A stretch of 64,000 nucleotides of DNA from Candidatus Omnitrophota bacterium (GTDB lineage Bacteria; Omnitrophota; Gorgyraeia; Gygaellales; Profunditerraquicolaceae), in assembly GCA_041650835.1 (NCBI GenBank), contig JBAZKL010000003.1, positions 99,682-163,681 of the forward strand. Reading direction: 5' to 3'. This document shows positions 19,917 to 31,271 of the stretch, one piece after another (positions within the stretch are counted from its first letter, which is position 1; the number at the start of each line of letters is the position of its first letter). The position numbers and the translations under genes were made by a program. Below the pieces are notes generated by a model. It had not been told where the DNA came from. It did no database searches and was given only the letters and a program-made list of their open reading frames with translations.

Positions 19917-22310
19917 TTATTTCGCTTTCCATTTTTTCTTATACATAAAATATGCTTTGCGTAACTGCCGCAAAAACGGGCTTAACTTACCCTTACCCTG
20001 TCCGCATATGCCGAGCCATTCCTCATGCATAAAACCATCCGGGAACGGGCCGGTAAACAACCCCTTCGTATCATGCATAAACGGCTCATACGCTTTCCAC
20101 CATTCATCCACCCACTCAAAAACGATTCCGCCGACTGAATTACCGGCTCCGTCGGAGAACGCCATATTATTCTCTATATCCTCCCAGGTGCCGCGATGAT
20201 ATTCCGATTGGAACTCCTCTGCTTCGTCTAAAGACTTGCCTTCGGCAAAAGCCGGGCAGCCGTATTCAGTAATAAATGCCGGCTTATCAGCCTGCTCCTT
20301 AACTTGTTTCCACAAAGAACCAAAGCCGTAATTCCCCCGGTACGCGTTGGTCCCGAACATATCAATGTCCGGGGCATTCTTGCCGAACTTATCCAGGAAA
20401 AGGACATCGCCGCTGCAGATGGCGACAGGATGCTCCGGGTCGATCGCTTTGATCTGCCTTGCCGCTTCATTGGCAAAAGCAAAGAACGCATCCGGTTCTT
20501 TGTCGGCGTTGCAGGCATAACCATACACGTTCTCATTGCCTAAAAGCCAGAACAAAATAAACGGCTCATCCTTATATTCCGCAACCATCTTCAAAACGGA
20601 ATCAAGCATATTCTTTTTCTGCTCTTCATTCGTATAATCGGTCCCGGGATTCCATTTCGCGCCTGAACCGATAGCATACTTGCCGAAAAAGTCACCCATA
20701 ATAACGCGGATACCGTATGTCTTATAAAGATCGCGCAATAATTCTTTGTTCACTTTAAGCGGATGATGATACAAACGTATGGAATTGGCTCCCATATCCT
20801 GCATTAATTTAAAATCGCCCACCGGAGGTTCATCGGGGTCCTGAACGTTATTCTTATTGGCATCCACGAACGCGTCGTAGGGGCCGTCGATCAAAGCGTT
20901 CTTGTTAAAATCTTCGAATTCCCAATCGCCTAAGGTATGCTCGTCGGGAGATTGCCCTATTTTAGTAGGAGAATAGGTGATCGCTTTTACGACAAACGGT
21001 TTATCATCAACGATCAACTGCCAATCGCCGTTCTCATATTGAGCCAGATGGACCTTCCCCTTGCCCAATGTCCGTTTTATATTTATCGAATCCGGCTGGA
21101 CTTTTGGTTTTATTTTATCCAACAGCCCGAGCTTCACGAATCTCCCGGGGTTAGTCATGATCACGTCGTTGGCAAGGTCATGATCAAAACCATTGGTAAT
21201 AGTGATATCGGCATCAATAAGCCGATAGCCCAACTGAGGATTATTACGCAATAAAAAATTGATCTTAGCGATAGCTGCCTGGCCCACATACCACGGCGTA
21301 TGCCAATAGGTCCATCCGTAGCTTCCGGGGAAATGTACCACGATCGAATAATAGCATTTAATCGCATGTTTAATTAAGCCTGATTTTTCCAGGAGTAAAC
21401 CTGTATAAAACAGCTTGACGCCTTGGGGCTCGGGAGCAGTCGCCCACTTCAAGAACGCAGCCTCCAAATCAGGCGAATTGACAAAATCCCAATGGCTGCC
21501 TTCGAGACGGCCTGTTTTTTGTGTTTTCTTATATTCAGGGTCCCACCGGATAGAAGAAGTATTCGGGTACACCCCTTCTCCGACAGCCACGCTTAATCCA
21601 TCCTGGTCTTTGACCGCGTATTGATAATCCTTTGTGCCGACATTTTTGAATTCTCCGTATTTCGAATAATCGACAAAATCTTCTTTCCCGGGATCATATA
21701 ACGTGATTTTCGTAGGAAGCTGGCTTACTTTCTTTACTGCGGCCGGTTTCGCTGCAGCAGACACATCTTTAAGTTGAGCGATAGCTTCCTGGGCGGTTTT
21801 AGCGATGACCCAGAACCACCCCCGCTGGTCCCATGCCTGGGCAAAAGAATACTTATCGGAAATAATCTGAAAAGTCTTTATGGCATCCTCTTTTTTTCCC
21901 TGGTTACGGTAGGATTCCCCTTGTATAAAATAAGCGGTCGCCACATCGTTTAAAACCTGGACAGCTTCGATCTCCTTCTTGCCGCGGGGCAGCTCTTTTA
22001 AAGCCCCCTGCAGCCTGGCAGCTTCATCTTTATAGAGGTCAATGCATTGATTGGTATACTCAAAGGTAAGAACGGCGTCTTTCTGGCCATGGGCTTCCCA
22101 TGCCTTATCGACTAATTCCGACGAAGAAAGCTTTTTTTCAGTAACGGGGATTTGCGCGGCTTCAGGGACAACGGAAGCCGTATCGGCAGGAATAGTTACC
22201 GGCTCTGCCGCCAAAACAAAGCTGCCGGAAGAAAGCACGAAAAGACATGCGGCATACAATAATATTTTGGCCGAAACCCTGTATTTGAGGACCCCTGGCT
22301 TCTCAATCAT
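19917..22310 (-). CDS. Large secreted glycoside hydrolase: N-terminal helical/TPR-like region plus C-terminal clan GH-A TIM barrel
   Basis: 797 aa with a signal peptide. The C-terminal ~400 aa are paralogous to 17250..18533 (ANSIRLYHHP; ILFWLLGNENVYGY; AFITEYG). Confidence 0.6.
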   Translation of the reverse strand: MIEKPGVLKYRVSAKILLYAACLFVLSSGSFVLAAEPVTIPADTASVVPEAAQIPVTEKKLSSSELVDKAWEAHGQKDAVLTFEYTNQCIDLYKDEAARLQGALKELPRGKKEIEAVQVLNDVATAYFIQGESYRNQGKKEDAIKTFQIISDKYSFAQAWDQRGWFWVIAKTAQEAIAQLKDVSAAAKPAAVKKVSQLPTKITLYDPGKEDFVDYSKYGEFKNVGTKDYQYAVKDQDGLSVAVGEGVYPNTSSIRWDPEYKKTQKTGRLEGSHWDFVNSPDLEAAFLKWATAPEPQGVKLFYTGLLLEKSGLIKHAIKCYYSIVVHFPGSYGWTYWHTPWYVGQAAIAKINFLLRNNPQLGYRLIDADITITNGFDHDLANDVIMTNPGRFVKLGLLDKIKPKVQPDSINIKRTLGKGKVHLAQYENGDWQLIVDDKPFVVKAITYSPTKIGQSPDEHTLGDWEFEDFNKNALIDGPYDAFVDANKNNVQDPDEPPVGDFKLMQDMGANSIRLYHHPLKVNKELLRDLYKTYGIRVIMGDFFGKYAIGSGAKWNPGTDYTNEEQKKNMLDSVLKMVAEYKDEPFILFWLLGNENVYGYACNADKEPDAFFAFANEAARQIKAIDPEHPVAICSGDVLFLDKFGKNAPDIDMFGTNAYRGNYGFGSLWKQVKEQADKPAFITEYGCPAFAEGKSLDEAEEFQSEYHRGTWEDIENNMAFSDGAGNSVGGIVFEWVDEWWKAYEPFMHDTKGLFTGPFPDGFMHEEWLGICGQGKGKLSPFLRQLRKAYFMYKKKWKAK

Positions 22311-23155
22311 CCCACTAATGCTCCTTGGGTAACCCCTTTAACGATATATTTTTGCATAAGGATATAAACGATAATTATCGGTAACGCGGTAATGGTCAAA
22401 CCAGCCATTAAAAGAGGATATTTCGTGATAAATTCTCCCTGAAAAGTCTGCAACGCGACCTGCAGCGGCATAAGAGGCTTTGAATCAAAGATGATCAACG
22501 CTAACACGTATTCATTCCAAACATTAAGCGCGTTAAATACGACCACAACCGCAAGCACAGGCTTTGCTAAAGGCAGGGCCACATGCCACCATATTCCCAT
22601 TTTGGAGCAACCGTCTATTCGAGCCGCATCTTCAAGCTCTTTAGGCATCTTATCAAAGAAAGTTTTTAAAAGGAATATGCTCGTTGATAATCCCACGTTG
22701 ATCATGCAAAGGATATACCCGACAGGAGTATTTCTCAAATGGAGCTTATTCAATAAAACGTAGAGCGCGACAAAGCTCCCCGGAATGGGGATCATCATAG
22801 CGACCATAAAGACCGAGAAAAGTATCCCGCGGCCGGGGAAACGAAAACGAGAAAACGCGTACGCGGCCATGGAAGAAATAATGACGATACCGACGACAAC
22901 CGAAACCGTATAGAATATACTATTTAAAAAGTACCTTCCAAATCCGCCTTCCTGCCAGGCCAAATAGTAATTTTCAAAATGGAACTCATGAGGGAATAAA
23001 GACATATCCGTAAATATTGTTTCCTGCGTTTTCAGGCTGGAAGAGATCATCCAAAAGAGAGGGAAAAGGCACGTAATAGAAACGGAGATCAAGAAAAGAT
23101 GGATGAGCGTATTTAAAGCGATTTTCTTCGTCGTATAATAAGCCGTGCTCTTCAT
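22307..23155 (-). CDS. Carbohydrate ABC transporter permease (MalG-like)
   Basis: 282 aa with 6 TM helices and an EAA loop (LEDAARIDGCSKMGIWWHVALPLAKP). Confidence 0.85.
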   Translation of the reverse strand: MKSTAYYTTKKIALNTLIHLFLISVSITCLFPLFWMISSSLKTQETIFTDMSLFPHEFHFENYYLAWQEGGFGRYFLNSIFYTVSVVVGIVIISSMAAYAFSRFRFPGRGILFSVFMVAMMIPIPGSFVALYVLLNKLHLRNTPVGYILCMINVGLSTSIFLLKTFFDKMPKELEDAARIDGCSKMGIWWHVALPLAKPVLAVVVVFNALNVWNEYVLALIIFDSKPLMPLQVALQTFQGEFITKYPLLMAGLTITALPIIIVYILMQKYIVKGVTQGALVG

Positions 23156-23178
23156 TATAGTCTATCCTTATTCTTAGG

Positions 23179-24063
23179 TTATGTCTGACGGAATTTACGG
23201 GAGAACTGATATTGGATAAATGATATCGCCATCAGGACGACACCGAAGGTCAGCCCCTGCGCACAGGCATACCCGAACCGGGAAGAGCCCCGCATCGAAG
23301 CTAAGATCCGTAAAACAGGGACCGAAGTATATCCCCCGACCTCGCCTCCCACTAAACCGATGATCAAGACAAACGCCTGCATAGTTCCCAGGACCGTGAG
23401 TATCGCGACCAAAACCGTGACCGGTATCATTAAAGGAACCGTAATATTCTTAAAGCTGTGCCAGGCATTAGCCCCGTCAACCCGGGCCGCCTCATAGAGC
23501 TCCCGGGGAATAGTCTGTAACCCCGCCAGGAAAATGAGGAACCCCCAGCCGAAGCCTTTCCAGCAATGTACCAACGCGACCGTTGTCAAGGCGGTTTTCG
23601 GGTCATAAAGCCAATGCTGCGTCCATCCCGATAATCCTATTGCGGACAACATACGATTTATCATATTCGCGCCGTCAATATCATTAATAACATACCTCCA
23701 CACCATGCCGACGACGATCTCGGACAATACCGGGGGTATAAAGAAAATAAGCCGGTAATAGTTCTTTAAGCGTATTTCCCTGTCGCACGCCATAGCCAGG
23801 AGAAACGCGAAGATATTCTGCAAGGTAAGGGCTATTATTGTAATATATCCGGCGTTCCACATTGCCTGCCACCACGATTTGTCCTGAGTAACTATTTCAA
23901 TAAAATTACTCATACCGACGAATACCTTGGTCGGCATAATACCGTCCCATTCAAACCTGCTCAACTGGAAGACCCACAAGAAAGGAACAATATAAAATAT
24001 CGTAAAAATAAGCACTGCGGGGAGCACAAAAACGTAATTCTCTAAAGTATCTTTGATCTTCAT
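23179..24063 (-). CDS. Carbohydrate ABC transporter permease (MalF-like)
   Basis: 294 aa with an EAA loop (LYEAARVDGANAWHSFKNITVPLM). Confidence 0.85.
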   Translation of the reverse strand: MKIKDTLENYVFVLPAVLIFTIFYIVPFLWVFQLSRFEWDGIMPTKVFVGMSNFIEIVTQDKSWWQAMWNAGYITIIALTLQNIFAFLLAMACDREIRLKNYYRLIFFIPPVLSEIVVGMVWRYVINDIDGANMINRMLSAIGLSGWTQHWLYDPKTALTTVALVHCWKGFGWGFLIFLAGLQTIPRELYEAARVDGANAWHSFKNITVPLMIPVTVLVAILTVLGTMQAFVLIIGLVGGEVGGYTSVPVLRILASMRGSSRFGYACAQGLTFGVVLMAISFIQYQFSRKFRQT

Positions 24064-24180
24064 AGTAAGTGTCTCGTTTTATGAAAACAGGGAGGAAATT
24101 AAGCTCCACACCCTTTTATCCGGCGCGATCCTCCGTAGCCCTGCCATCATTTTTCTTACCGATGAGCGTAGGAGGACGGT

Positions 24181-25515
24181 CTATTTCCTTTTCTTATTTA
24201 ATTCTCTCTCTTTGATCTTTTGGACCTCATCCGCGACCGCTTCAGGGGTCTTTTTGCCGATAATGATCAGCTGTATCCCTTTATCGAAAGCCTCGATCAC
24301 CGCGGGGAATTCCGACACACCCCAAATATTCGGGTGAGTTGTCTGCTCCATATCATCCGCGAACTGTGAAAGGATATCGGAGATATTCGCTAAACTCTCT
24401 TTGTTTGAAGGGAGGTTTTTTGTCGCTTCAGCTAAATATACTTCCTGGTCTTTTGAGGTAAGCCATTGCAGGAATTTCACCGCTTCTTCTTTTTTCGGCG
24501 AATTCGCGTTGACCATGAACGAAGACCCCGCCCCTCCCCATATCGCCATGGGATATTTATCCGACGCCGCAGGAGGCAGCATCGCCGCATAATTCAACTT
24601 GGGGTTCATCCCCTGATAAACATTGACGCACCAGGAGCCGTTAAAAGCAAAAACCGCCTTTTCAGTCGCGAAAAGCTGCTCGGCAGTCTTATTAACCATA
24701 GTCACGACACCGCCCGCCAGAACTCCCGACTCCTGCATCTGCTTAAAAAGGGTAAAGACCTTGATCCAATCAGGATCGGTATACGGGCTCTCTCCTTTAA
24801 TAGTCGCGAGCACCTTATCTTTACCCATGATATTGAACGCGTAATTATTCGCCAGGCAATCGATCATCCATAACTCGGCCCATCCTGAAACGAGGCCCTG
24901 CATGTTCTTCTCTTTGATCTTCTTGCCGATAGCTAATAATTCTTCGAACGTCGACGGAGCTTTCTCCGGGTCAAAGCCGAGCTCTTTCATAAGATCCTTA
25001 TTATAAACCATTTGAATGGTCATAATATCAATGGGCACGCCATAAATCCCCGGATTGATGCCGTAGCTGTTAGAAGGCGTAAATTCATTGACTGCCAAGG
25101 CTTTACTGAAAAAACTGTTTTCCCATTGCGCGTTATCGGCTTTCATATAGGGTGTCAGATCAAGGATATGCCCGGCTTTTATAAATGACGAAAAATCCCT
25201 TTTTTCACCCAATATGCCGAATATATCGGGCAGATTAGCCCCTTGCGCTGCCGCGCGTACTTTCTGAGAATACGCATCCGAAGGAGCGTACAACTCGAAG
25301 AAAACCTTTGTCCCGGTTTTTTCTTCATACCGCTTTGCCAACTCTTCAAAAGCAGGCTGTCGGTCAGTCATCCAATGCCAAATCGCGATAGTCGGTTTCG
25401 ACTCTATTTTCTTCGAAGCACAACCGGTGACACCCGCAAATGAAGCAAACAGAAACAAGGCTCCTACCCCGAGCGAGAGTTTGTTCATTATTGTTCTTTC
25501 TATACCGACTTTCAT
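24181..25515 (-). CDS. Extracellular solute-binding lipoprotein (family 1, sugar ABC)
   Basis: 444 aa, with a lipoprotein signal (LFASFAGVTGCASKK) and a family-1 SBP-like fold. No ABC ATPase gene is present in the operon. Confidence 0.8.
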   Translation of the reverse strand: MKVGIERTIMNKLSLGVGALFLFASFAGVTGCASKKIESKPTIAIWHWMTDRQPAFEELAKRYEEKTGTKVFFELYAPSDAYSQKVRAAAQGANLPDIFGILGEKRDFSSFIKAGHILDLTPYMKADNAQWENSFFSKALAVNEFTPSNSYGINPGIYGVPIDIMTIQMVYNKDLMKELGFDPEKAPSTFEELLAIGKKIKEKNMQGLVSGWAELWMIDCLANNYAFNIMGKDKVLATIKGESPYTDPDWIKVFTLFKQMQESGVLAGGVVTMVNKTAEQLFATEKAVFAFNGSWCVNVYQGMNPKLNYAAMLPPAASDKYPMAIWGGAGSSFMVNANSPKKEEAVKFLQWLTSKDQEVYLAEATKNLPSNKESLANISDILSQFADDMEQTTHPNIWGVSEFPAVIEAFDKGIQLIIIGKKTPEAVADEVQKIKERELNKKRK

Positions 25516-25913
25516 CCAGCCTCCTCTGTTAAATTAATAGTATATAATACCATTGAATTTGGAATAAATCAAGTTCATAGAGATAAGGTTACAAGAAAAG
25601 GATTTTGACCTTGGGGTATTATTAAAATTTAGCACAAGTTCCTGTAATGGTCAAGGTTTTTATTACTCAAAACAATTACCGCCATATTTCACTTGACCTT
25701 AAAATAAATTATGTTATTATTTATCTATCTGCGCTTTCCGGAAGATCGGTTATTCTCCCGGTTTATATTTTTACGCTCCAAAGTTCTCATAAACACTCAT
25801 CGCAAAAGAATGTTATAAGTATAGCATTTTTTATGGTATTTTTCAAAATTATTCTCATGTTTAAAATGCCTTGGCTTTTCTAGTATCTATTCATAAAAGC
25901 ACGGAGGGGACGC

Positions 25914-26522
25914 ATGAAAGATGAAATGGACATCCTCAGGGAGATGGGAACGATCTCAGCCGGACAGGGCAGTATCGCCCTTTCGGAAATAATCGGGAGA
26001 AAGATAAACCTTAAAGTCCCCGCCCTGACGTTTGTCTCCGGCACCGACATACTTAACCGTTTCAGGGAAAACCAGATCGTGGTCAGTATTTTAGGGAACC
26101 TGCTGACCGGCCTTGAAGGGAAGATCTTATTCCTGCTTGACGAAAAAAGCGCTTATAAATTGATCGACATGTGCTACGGCAGGAAACCCGACGAAAAACA
26201 ATGCGGGGTATTCACCGAAATGGGGATGTCGCTGATGAAAGAAGTGGGAAACGTGGTGATTTCTTCTTTTGTCGGGGCCTTAAGCATTCTTTTGAAATCC
26301 TTGATCATCCCCTCCATCCCGACACTGGTAAACGGCCCGATCAAGCAGATACTGAACATGATACTGTCTTCTGATGACGAATATGTCCTTTTTATAGAAA
26401 CAACCTTTGAAGAGCCTCAACAGAATATCACCGGATGTTTTTACCTGGTATTGACCCCGCAAACAGTCCAGTTTATCCAGACCGCGTGTAAAAAAATGCT
26501 TGAAAACATTAATCAAAGCTAA
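25914..26522 (+). CDS. CheC/CheX-family protein (divergent)
   Basis: 202 aa. The first CheC active-site repeat is degenerate ([14 protein letters not shown], with N replaced by T). The second retains S-x3-E-x2-N (SLMKEVGN). Confidence 0.55.
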   Translation: MKDEMDILREMGTISAGQGSIALSEIIGRKINLKVPALTFVSGTDILNRFRENQIVVSILGNLLTGLEGKILFLLDEKSAYKLIDMCYGRKPDEKQCGVFTEMGMSLMKEVGNVVISSFVGALSILLKSLIIPSIPTLVNGPIKQILNMILSSDDEYVLFIETTFEEPQQNITGCFYLVLTPQTVQFIQTACKKMLENINQS

Positions 26523-26524
26523 CC

Positions 26525-27487
26525 ATGAATGAGAGCAAGAACGAAAATACAATATTGATCGTCAGCGCTGACCCTCAGAATATTAGCTTCTTATCGGAAC
26601 TCTTAAGCGGAGAAGGATATAAGGTCAAAGAATGCTCGACCCAGACGGGAGCGAAAGAAATCCTGCTGCAAGAGCAATTTAACCTGGTTATCGCTGATTT
26701 CGAAGCCAACCAGATGAACGGCATTGAGATCTGTAAATTTATCCGCAGTAATTACCGTATTCGCCACATCAGCGTCATTATGCTCATGAATTCAAAAGAC
26801 CCCCTGAACAAGATCAAAGGCATTTACGCGGGAGCGGATGATTATATTGAGACGCCTTTCGACCCGGGAGAATTATTAGTCCGGATAAAAGCGTCACTCG
26901 TGCGGCTGACCAGGGATTTAGATGCCAACCCTTTGACCAAACTTCCCGGCAACGTTTCAGTGATGAAAGAGCTCGAAGAGCGGGTAAAGACTAATGTTCC
27001 GCTGGCGGTCGGATATGTCGACTTAAACAAATTCAAGGAATTTAACGACCGCTACGGATTTGAACGCGGAGACACGATCATCTCGCATACCGCGGTCACT
27101 ATCATGAATGCTTTAGAGAAACACGGCTCGCCGACCGATTTCCTCGGGCATATCGGGGGTGATGATTTTATTTTCATCTCTACCCCGGCTTGTGTCGATA
27201 CAATCTGTAAACAGATCATTTCCAACTTTGACAAAACGGTCACCTCGTATTATGAACAAGAAGACCTTGCCAATGGTTATATTATCGCGCGCAACAGAAA
27301 AGGCGAAATGACCAAGATCCCTCTTCTGAGTATTTCCATCGGGGTTACTACCAATGAACACCTTAAGTTTACCCACATTGCCGCTATTATACAGAACGCT
27401 ACAGAATTAAAGCATTTTGCCAAAACCTACGGCGGAAGCATCTACTTAAAAGACAGGCGACAGAGAACCGACGCCAACCCTTCTTAA
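26525..27487 (+). CDS. Response-regulator receiver fused to a GGDEF domain with a non-canonical GGDDF motif
   Basis: 320 aa. The REC domain (LVIADFEA) carries the conserved Lys position as Thr (DDYIETPF). The GGDEF domain shows [27 protein letters not shown] and [10 protein letters not shown]. Confidence 0.75.
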   Translation: MNESKNENTILIVSADPQNISFLSELLSGEGYKVKECSTQTGAKEILLQEQFNLVIADFEANQMNGIEICKFIRSNYRIRHISVIMLMNSKDPLNKIKGIYAGADDYIETPFDPGELLVRIKASLVRLTRDLDANPLTKLPGNVSVMKELEERVKTNVPLAVGYVDLNKFKEFNDRYGFERGDTIISHTAVTIMNALEKHGSPTDFLGHIGGDDFIFISTPACVDTICKQIISNFDKTVTSYYEQEDLANGYIIARNRKGEMTKIPLLSISIGVTTNEHLKFTHIAAIIQNATELKHFAKTYGGSIYLKDRRQRTDANPS

Positions 27488-27586
27488 AAACTCCTAACTT
27501 CAATAAAATAATTTAAGATTTGTTTTTGGTACTTTCGGGGGTTATTGCTTTGAAAAAAGAATTTCGTCCGTAGAAAAAGGCTGGAA

Positions 27587-27886
27587 TTACAAAGTATTCA
27601 TGATGGTGTTGATCTTTTCAAACATAACACCTACTTCATGCGAGGCATGCTTTGTCGATTCTTTTACCCAAACAACCTTGCCTTCGACAAAATAGGTGCC
27701 GAACTGCGGAGTAACCCTGAACTCTCCCGTCACCTTACTTCCGACAGGAACTGTTTCATTAAGAAAGACCCTCATCCCGCCGCTGCTCAGATCCGCAATA
27801 GGGACTTCCTTTTTTTCATGACCCTTGCCGAATGTTGCCTTATTATTCTCTATATTCCAGCGGCTATATTTTCTTCTCTCGTCCAA
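27587..27886 (-). CDS. PilZ-domain protein (c-di-GMP receptor)
   Basis: 99 aa. It has an RxxxR motif (RRKYSRW) and a DxSxGG motif (DLSSGGMRV). Confidence 0.8.
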   Translation of the reverse strand: MDERRKYSRWNIENNKATFGKGHEKKEVPIADLSSGGMRVFLNETVPVGSKVTGEFRVTPQFGTYFVEGKVVWVKESTKHASHEVGVMFEKINTIMNTL

Positions 27887-27911
27887 CGTCTTATAATACC
27901 CTGTTGTAAAC

Positions 27912-30272
27912 TTATTTTACTTTGAATTGGCCGACCAATTCCCTTAATTCAGAAGATGTTTTCGCTAATTCAGCCGCCCCCGCGCTCATTTCTTCCATTG
28001 ACGCGGTCATTTCCTCGGTACTGGCAGAGAATTGCTGGGTCGACGCGGCATTCTGCTCTGCGACTTGGGCGACCTGCTTAACCACATCCATGACTTTCTC
28101 CGTGGCACGGATCTGCTGCGGTACCGACTCTGAGATCGTGATCATCAGGTCCTTCGCTTTATTTGCCACGGTAAGGATACTTTCCTGGACTCTACTGGTG
28201 ATCTGGACGATCTTTCTTCCGTCTTCAGCCTGTTCCTTTTCACTGACTACCAGGCCTACAGCCCTGTCGATCTCATTAATGATCTTTTGGACCAATTGCT
28301 GGATCCTGTTGGCCGCGTGAGCAGAACCTTCGGCAAGCTTTCTGACTTCTTCAGCAACGACGGCAAACCCTCTTCCCGCGTCACCCGCGCGCGCCGCTTC
28401 AATTGCAGCGTTCAAAGACAAAAGATTGGTCTGATCGGCAAAAGATGTAATGGTGACAATAATGTCCCCGATCTCTTTAGAGCTATCTTTCAATTCCTGA
28501 ATAGCGGTCGATGATAAATTAGCCGCCTCAACTATCTTGTTGATCTTGTCGATCAACTGGATCGTGGATTCTTTACCCTGTGCCGCGTGTTCCGCCGACT
28601 TAACAGAGCTGTCTTTGGCAACTTCGGCATTGGTAGCGACCAGCTTCAGCCTTGAGGCCAATTCATCGAATATCTTCTCGACCTCGCGGACCTTATCCAG
28701 CTGGGTAGAGGCGCCCTTAGAAATATCCTGAATACCATTGCTTATCTGCACCATTGAGGCATTAGTTTCTTCGGCATTCGCGGAAAATTGCTGCGCGGCA
28801 TTTGAAACCTGTTCAGTATTCACCAAGATCTGCGAGATCATATTACGCATTTGTTCGACGAATACATTGAACCAGTTCGCGAGGTCCCCGATTTCATCGG
28901 AAGATTTGATGGAGATCCGATTGGTCAGGTCGCCTTTTCCTTTAGCTAATGTCTTAAGCATGGCAAGCATAAGCGTGCTCGGCTTGGTAATAGTACGGAC
29001 AATGACCAAAGAAACAATGACGAAAACAACCGCGATAATGATCATCGACCCGAATAAATAAATCAAAGAACTCTTGCCGACTTCAACGATACCCTTTTTA
29101 ACCTGCTCAACCGAAGAAATCTTGATTTCCTCAATACGCTTGGCGGCAGATTCCTGAGATTCATTTAATGCATTCCTTGAATCTTCAATAACCGCAGCTG
29201 CGCCCTTAACGGTCTCCGCGGCCTTGGTATCGATCTCTTTACGCATCTCTTCGCCAAATGCCGAAAGCTCTTTCGGTACTTCGGTATTTAAACGGTCGAT
29301 CTTACCTGAAAGAGTTTTCTCAACCGTCGATATCTTTTCACGCGCTTCAGACTGAATATTAATGACTTTAGCGATCGAGTCTTCAAATAAAGCCTGCAAT
29401 ACCTGAGAAGTCATGATCTTTTCTTTATCGGCATCTGTCTTGATCTTCAAGTCCATAAGGCGCATCTGCTCTTTAATGACTCCGATAACGCGCTTGATCT
29501 CTCTTTGCGTAGTGGAATATGCCTGGCCATAGCCTTTTTTGATATTATTCTTGAGACTCTCCTGCAAAGGCATGATCTGTTCCATAGCTTTATCAGAGCT
29601 AAAACCTGGAGTAGCGGACGCAGCTTCCCCTAAGATCGTCATCATCTGGATCGTATTGTCATCAACCTGGTCGTTTAAACCTCCCGTGATCTCCTCTAAT
29701 TGATGTCCTAAAATGACCAACACTTCTTCTATTTTACCGAATCCGTCTAAACTTGCCTGGATCAAACCCTCAACGCGAAAATATGCCAATTGAGTTAAAA
29801 CATCCTGGGATGTTGTCGCTTCTTCAATAGTCTGGCCTACAGCTTCAGAGGCGACCGCCAAGCTGGAATTAAAGCCATCCGCCATGGTAACTTCAAGCTC
29901 TTTCAGGGAAAGCGCGACATCCGAACCCGTTTTTGTGATCATTTCCTGGGTATACCCCTGGAACTTACCCTGGCTCTTCTGGGCAATTTCTTTTATCTCA
30001 CCCAAGGCGACTAAACCGCTGGTTTTTTTGACGCTCTCTTCAGCGATATTCTGGAAATTCTTAAAAAGATTTTTAACATCATTAAAAACATTATCGAAAG
30101 AATCAGTGACATTCTTACTGATATCCCGCTCGAGCCTCTTATTAGAAAGAATACCGGAGATGATCGCGCCGCTGCTGGATAGTAAAAAGATTAAAATAAC
30201 AAGACCTAATATCTTATGAGAAAGCCTTAACTTAAAACCTTTTTTCTCTTCCATGATAATGTTTTCGCTCAT
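27912..30272 (-). CDS. Methyl-accepting chemotaxis protein with a large helical periplasmic domain
   Basis: 786 aa. It has an N-terminal TM, a ~400 aa helical ectodomain, a second TM, a HAMP domain ([19 protein letters not shown]) and the conserved signalling hairpin ([38 protein letters not shown]). Confidence 0.9.
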   Translation of the reverse strand: MSENIIMEEKKGFKLRLSHKILGLVILIFLLSSSGAIISGILSNKRLERDISKNVTDSFDNVFNDVKNLFKNFQNIAEESVKKTSGLVALGEIKEIAQKSQGKFQGYTQEMITKTGSDVALSLKELEVTMADGFNSSLAVASEAVGQTIEEATTSQDVLTQLAYFRVEGLIQASLDGFGKIEEVLVILGHQLEEITGGLNDQVDDNTIQMMTILGEAASATPGFSSDKAMEQIMPLQESLKNNIKKGYGQAYSTTQREIKRVIGVIKEQMRLMDLKIKTDADKEKIMTSQVLQALFEDSIAKVINIQSEAREKISTVEKTLSGKIDRLNTEVPKELSAFGEEMRKEIDTKAAETVKGAAAVIEDSRNALNESQESAAKRIEEIKISSVEQVKKGIVEVGKSSLIYLFGSMIIIAVVFVIVSLVIVRTITKPSTLMLAMLKTLAKGKGDLTNRISIKSSDEIGDLANWFNVFVEQMRNMISQILVNTEQVSNAAQQFSANAEETNASMVQISNGIQDISKGASTQLDKVREVEKIFDELASRLKLVATNAEVAKDSSVKSAEHAAQGKESTIQLIDKINKIVEAANLSSTAIQELKDSSKEIGDIIVTITSFADQTNLLSLNAAIEAARAGDAGRGFAVVAEEVRKLAEGSAHAANRIQQLVQKIINEIDRAVGLVVSEKEQAEDGRKIVQITSRVQESILTVANKAKDLMITISESVPQQIRATEKVMDVVKQVAQVAEQNAASTQQFSASTEEMTASMEEMSAGAAELAKTSSELRELVGQFKVK

Positions 30273-30282
30273 AGTTATGTTT

Positions 30283-31248
30283 TTATTCGCTATACCGCGT
30301 GTCTATGATTTCTTTTAAATTTACCATCCCGCTTAGAACATTCAACGACATCAGGTTCTTGGCTATCTCTTCTATCTCTTGGAGCTGCGGGGTGAAATTC
30401 TTAAAAATGATCCTATCCTTAGGCATAGTCAATGACCGGGAGACCAGTTCAGGGTTCATTTTAAAAATGTTCACCTGGGACATCGCGGTCTGCCTGCCGC
30501 TTGAATCATTTTTATCTTTTTCGATAAAGTTCCCCGCTTTGATCAGGCCTTTAACAAACGCCTTAACCACATCAGGATGCTCTTTCAATACCTTAGGGCT
30601 GACGATAAAAACGCTATTAATAAGGTTAGGGTATACATCTTTACTGAGAATGACCCTTTTTGCTACCCCTTCTTTTTCCGCCAGCGCTCCATAAGGCTCT
30701 GAAAGGCAAAAACCGAAGATCCTGTCCTCTTTCATAAGAGATATGGTCCTGCTAAAAGGAATAAGTAAGTAACGCACATCACGGCCCATACGCAGCTTCT
30801 TATCTTTCAGGAAGCGGGCAAAAACAAGCAGATCCATGGTATCATTGCCGGAACCACCCATGATCTTTCCCTTCAACTCGTCTACCGAATCGCTATTAAG
30901 AACGATCGTGCTGCCGTTTCTTCCGACGTTAAGAAGGATCTTTAACGGAACACCCTCATACGCCATTAATAATGCCTTAGGCAGGGTTATAGCGGCCCCA
31001 TCGATAGCTCCCGTCCGGAAAGCGGCTTCAAGCGCGGTCCATGAATTATACACATCCAATTGCACTTTTTCTTTCGCGACAGTAGTAGCTATTTCCTGCT
31101 GCGCCAGGAGCAACGGGATATGCTCAACAAGAGGCATAACACCGACTCGCATGTTATATTCCTCTTGTTGAGCAAAAACACCTACGGTTCCCAGAAAAAC
31201 CATTACAGCGACTACACAGGCTTTAAAAACTGATTTTTGATTTTTCAT
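30283..31248 (-). CDS. Orphan periplasmic substrate-binding protein (NMT1/SsuA-TauA-like)
   Basis: 321 aa with a signal peptide and a type-II PBP-like fold. No permease or ATPase gene is adjacent. Confidence 0.55.
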   Translation of the reverse strand: MKNQKSVFKACVVAVMVFLGTVGVFAQQEEYNMRVGVMPLVEHIPLLLAQQEIATTVAKEKVQLDVYNSWTALEAAFRTGAIDGAAITLPKALLMAYEGVPLKILLNVGRNGSTIVLNSDSVDELKGKIMGGSGNDTMDLLVFARFLKDKKLRMGRDVRYLLIPFSRTISLMKEDRIFGFCLSEPYGALAEKEGVAKRVILSKDVYPNLINSVFIVSPKVLKEHPDVVKAFVKGLIKAGNFIEKDKNDSSGRQTAMSQVNIFKMNPELVSRSLTMPKDRIIFKNFTPQLQEIEEIAKNLMSLNVLSGMVNLKEIIDTRYSE

Positions 31249-31271
31249 ATTTAAGCTGGTACGTATCCCGA

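Noticed and set aside
22307-25515. Sugar ABC importer lacking an ATPase gene.
   Set aside because: This is common for CUT1 systems, which share a MsmK-like ATPase encoded elsewhere. It is not unusual enough to report as a finding.
25647-25883. 78-aa ORF in the AT-rich 400-bp gap between the divergently transcribed SBP gene and the CheC-like gene.
   Set aside because: AT-rich, no RBS, hydrophobic low-complexity product. The region is better explained as a divergent promoter/regulatory region.
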